From: Leucoraja ocellata
Lineage: Eukaryota
NCBI GenBank assembly: GCA_036785375.1
Contig: JAWMAR010000508.1
Location: 1,054,001-1,118,000 of the forward strand
Length of the DNA: 64,000 nucleotides
Direction of reading: 5' to 3'
Below are positions 60,830 to 64,000 of this stretch, piece by piece. The translations under genes were made by a program, and so were the position numbers. The notes beneath the pieces are model-generated. The model did no database searches. It saw only the letters and a program-made list of their open reading frames with translations, and was not told where the DNA came from. Numbering within the stretch: the stretch's first letter is position 1; every line of letters begins with the position of its first letter.

Positions 60830-61488
60830 TGGCGAATGGTATGTTAGCTTTCATTGCAAAAGGATTTGAGTATAGGAGCAGGGAGGTTCTACTGCAGTTG
60901 TACAGGGTCTTGGTGAGACCACACCTGGAGTATTGCGTACAGTTTTGGTCTCCAAATCTGAGGAAGGACATTATTGCCATAGAGGGAGTGCAGAGACGGT
61001 TCACCAGACTGATTCCTGGGATGTCAAGACTGTCTTATGAAGAAAGACTGGATAGACTTGGTTTATACTCTCTAGAATTTAGGAGATTGAGAGGGGATCT
61101 TATAGAAACTTACAAAATTCTTAAGGGGTTGGACAGGCTAGATGCAGGAAGATTGTTCCCGATGTTAGGGAAGTCCAGGACAAGGGGTCACAGCTTAAGG
61201 ATAAGGGGGAAATCCTTTAAAACGGAGATGAGATGAACTTTTTCCACACAGAGAGTGGTGAATCTCTGGAACTCTCTGCCACAGAGGGTAGTTGAGGCCA
61301 GTTCATTGGCTATATTTAAGAGGGAGTTAGATGTGGCCCTTGTGGCTAAGGGGATCAGGGGGTATGGAGAGAAGGCAGGTACGGGATACTGAGTTGGATG
61401 ATCAGCCATGATCATATTGGATGGCGGTGCTGGCTCGAAGGGCCGAATGGCATACTCCTGCACCTAATTTCTATGTTTCTATGTTTCT
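60830..61488 (+). mobile_element. CR1-A 3' fragment
   Basis: ORF 60775-61236 and tail. Confidence 0.9.
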
Positions 61489-62423
61489 AATATGATCATG
61501 GCTGATCATCCAACTCAGTACCCTGTACCTGCCTTCTCTCCATACCCCCTTATCCCTTTAGCCACAAAGGCCACATCTAACTCCCTCTTAAATATAGCCA
61601 ATGAACTGTGGCCTCAACTACCTTCTGTGGCAGAGGATTCCACACATTCCTGGGATGTCAGGACTTTCATATGAAGAAAGACTGGATAGACTCGGCTTGT
61701 ACTCGCTAGAATTTAGAAGATTGGGGGTCGGGGGGGGGGGGGGACTTACAGAAACTTACAAAATTCTTAAGGGGTTTGACAGGCTAGATGCAGGAAGTTG
61801 TTCCCGATGTTGGGGAAGTGCAGAACTGGGAGGTCGCAGTTTAAGGATAAGAGGGAAGTATTTTAGGACCGAGATGAGAAAATCATTTTTTACACAGAGA
61901 GTGGTTTGTTTGACGTAAAAAGGCACTGCCTGCAAATGGTTGTTTGGGTGCTTTGACTTGAAGTTTAAAGGCACTACTTACAGCAAATAGTGGCTTGGGC
62001 GCTTTGGCTTGAAGTTGAAAGGCACTACTTACAGCTACACCCATATTCAGACACACACATGTACACACACACATATACGCACACATTCACACATATATAT
62101 TCACACGCNNNNNNNNNNNNNNNNNNNNNNNNNNNNNNNNNNNNNNNNNNNNNNNNNNNNNNNNNNNNNNNNNNNNNNNNNNNNNNNNNNNNNNNNNNNN
62201 NNNNNNNNNNNNNNNNNNNNNNNNNNNNNNNNNNNNNNNNNNNNNNNNNNNNNNNNNNNNNNNNNNNNNNNNNNNNNNNNNNNNNNNNNNNNNNNNNNNN
62301 NNNNNNNNNNNNNNNNNNNNNNNNNNNNNNNNNNNNNNNNNNNNNNNNNNNNNNNNNNNNNNNNNNAGGTCACAACCCATGACCCGTACTGTTGCTACGC
62401 TACACCAAATGGATTACACGCGA

Positions 62424-63128
62424 TAGAAACATAGAAACAAAGAAATTAGGTGCAGGAGTAGGCCATTCGGCCCTTCGAGCCTGCACCGCCATTCAATATG
62501 ATCATGGTTGATCATCCAACTCAGTATCCCGTACCTGCCTTCTCTCCACACCCCCTGATCCCCTTAGCCACAAGGGCCACATCTAACTCCCTCTTAAATA
62601 TAGCCAATGAACTGGCCTCAATTACCCTCTGTGGCAGAGAGTTCCAGAGACCCACCACTCTTTTTAAAAAAAACGTTCTTCTCATCTCGGTTTTAAAGGA
62701 TTTCCTCCTTATCCTTAAGCTGTGACCCCTTGTCCTGGACTTCCCCAACATCGGGAACAATCTTCCTGCATCTAGCCTGTCCAACCCCTTAAGAATTTTG
62801 TAAGTTTCTATAAGATCCCCTCTCAATCTCCTAAATTCTAGAGCGCATAAACCAAGTCTATCCAGTCTTTCTTCATAAGACAGTCCTGACATCCCAGGAA
62901 TCAATCTGGTGAACCTTCTCTGCACTCCCTCTATGGCAACAATGTCCTTCCTCAGATTTGGAGACCAAAACTGCACGCAATACTCCAGGTGTGGTCTCAC
63001 CAAGACCATGTACAACTGCAGTAGAACCTCCCTGCTCCTATACTCAAATCCGTTTGCAATGAAAGCTAACACACCATTCGCTTTCTTTACTGCCTGCTGC
63101 ACCTACATGCCTACCTTCAATGACTGGT
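62424..63128 (-). mobile_element. CR1-A 3' fragment
   Basis: ORF 62521-63102 and tail. Confidence 0.9.
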
Positions 63129-63494
63129 ATACGTGTACTGCAGGTAGGCACTTTCCATTGCTTCCAACTCCATCCTCCAGGGAGATGCTAAACGCTTTTC
63201 GTTGTCTCTGTACTGTACACTGACAACGACAATTAAAGTTGAATCTGAATCTGAATCTGAACGTAGCGGGTCCGTTAAAACACGCCGAAAATGTCAATTT
63301 TTGCGCTGCAAATTATTATGGAAATCAGGATGAGCATGTGAGACATTTAGCCTACTTCAGAATTCCAAAAGTGAGGAGAAATAATGGTCGATATAAGTGA
63401 GAGCTGAAGGGACAACAGACAGAATGCTTAGCGAACATTGGCCGTTTGCTCACTATATTTCATCAACACTAACGCATTATTTGTGATTTTACTT

Positions 63495-64000
63495 CGTGAA
63501 GAAGCCCGCCCCAGGACGCATTGCGGCATTACGTTTCAGCATGCAAAGCGGCAGGCGTGAGACAGGCTCCCGCAGAAACGAGAAAAATCTAAGTTTAGGT
63601 AAGTACTTACCTTTACTTTTACAGTCCCTTTGCGTCTACTTCTTTCCCGCAGGGCGTGCAAGCGGCCCCCTTGGACTCCGGGAGGAGTTTTTCCGTTCGC
63701 GGGAGGGGAGGAAAGACGCTATCAGGACCGCACTCACCGGCGGACCATGGATGGGAGCTGTGCCGGTGCCGGTAACACTCCACAGGGGCGACATCAAGAG
63801 AGCGCAGGAAGACGGCGCTAGCACTGCGTTACAGGTCCCCCTCAGTCCTCGCTCGCCCTCGAGTACTGTCCAGGTGAGGCAGGCAGGCGGGCGGGAGGAG
63901 GCTTCCGACATTTGCGGAGCCGTTAAGGGGACCCACTGTGCAGTGCTGGCGTGAGTGCGCTGCAGCCCGAGTGCAGGTGAGCAGCAGCCCGAGTGCAGAG
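63495..64000 (+). mobile_element. Start of a CpG-rich element that truncates the foldback copy (possibly a DIRS-like 5' end)
   Basis: Homology to 47830-48056 is lost abruptly at ~63492 and the sequence becomes GC-rich. The family call is an impression only. Confidence 0.3.

Noticed and set aside
63496-63954. 152-aa ORF as a host gene
   Set aside because: No recognisable domain, a non-ATG start, and it begins exactly at an insertion boundary.

Overview
Repeat-dense vertebrate genomic DNA, most likely from a cartilaginous fish (skate or ray; inferred from the CR1, Penelope and Rex1 repeat content and the gene types). It contains several N gaps. Two host gene systems are visible. (1) The 5' part of a Siglec/MAG/CD22-type Ig lectin gene lies on the minus strand: a putative leader exon, a V-set exon with the sialic-acid-binding Arg, and two C2-type exons. 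It runs off the left edge and carries two apparent lesions. (2) A cluster of four paralogous two-exon class A orphan GPCR genes (GPR139/GPR142-like) occupies 18-60 kb. Two have both exons visible (35291-39229 and 53815-58563, + strand). Two show only exon 1, with the intron running into a 200-N gap (18520-18694 and 59980-60154, - strand). The paralogues are nearly identical in promoter, introns, transmembrane and intracellular segments but strongly divergent in the N-terminus and extracellular loops. This is the pattern of a diversifying ligand-recognition repertoire and is the most interesting signal here. The rest is nested transposons: two main CR1 families, Rex1/Babar, L1, DIRS, Penelope with hammerhead-like motifs, a clean non-autonomous Helitron, a solo LTR and a foldback element, plus segmental duplications and satellites. 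All alignments and counts were done by eye, and transposon boundaries are approximate unless a target-site duplication is given.
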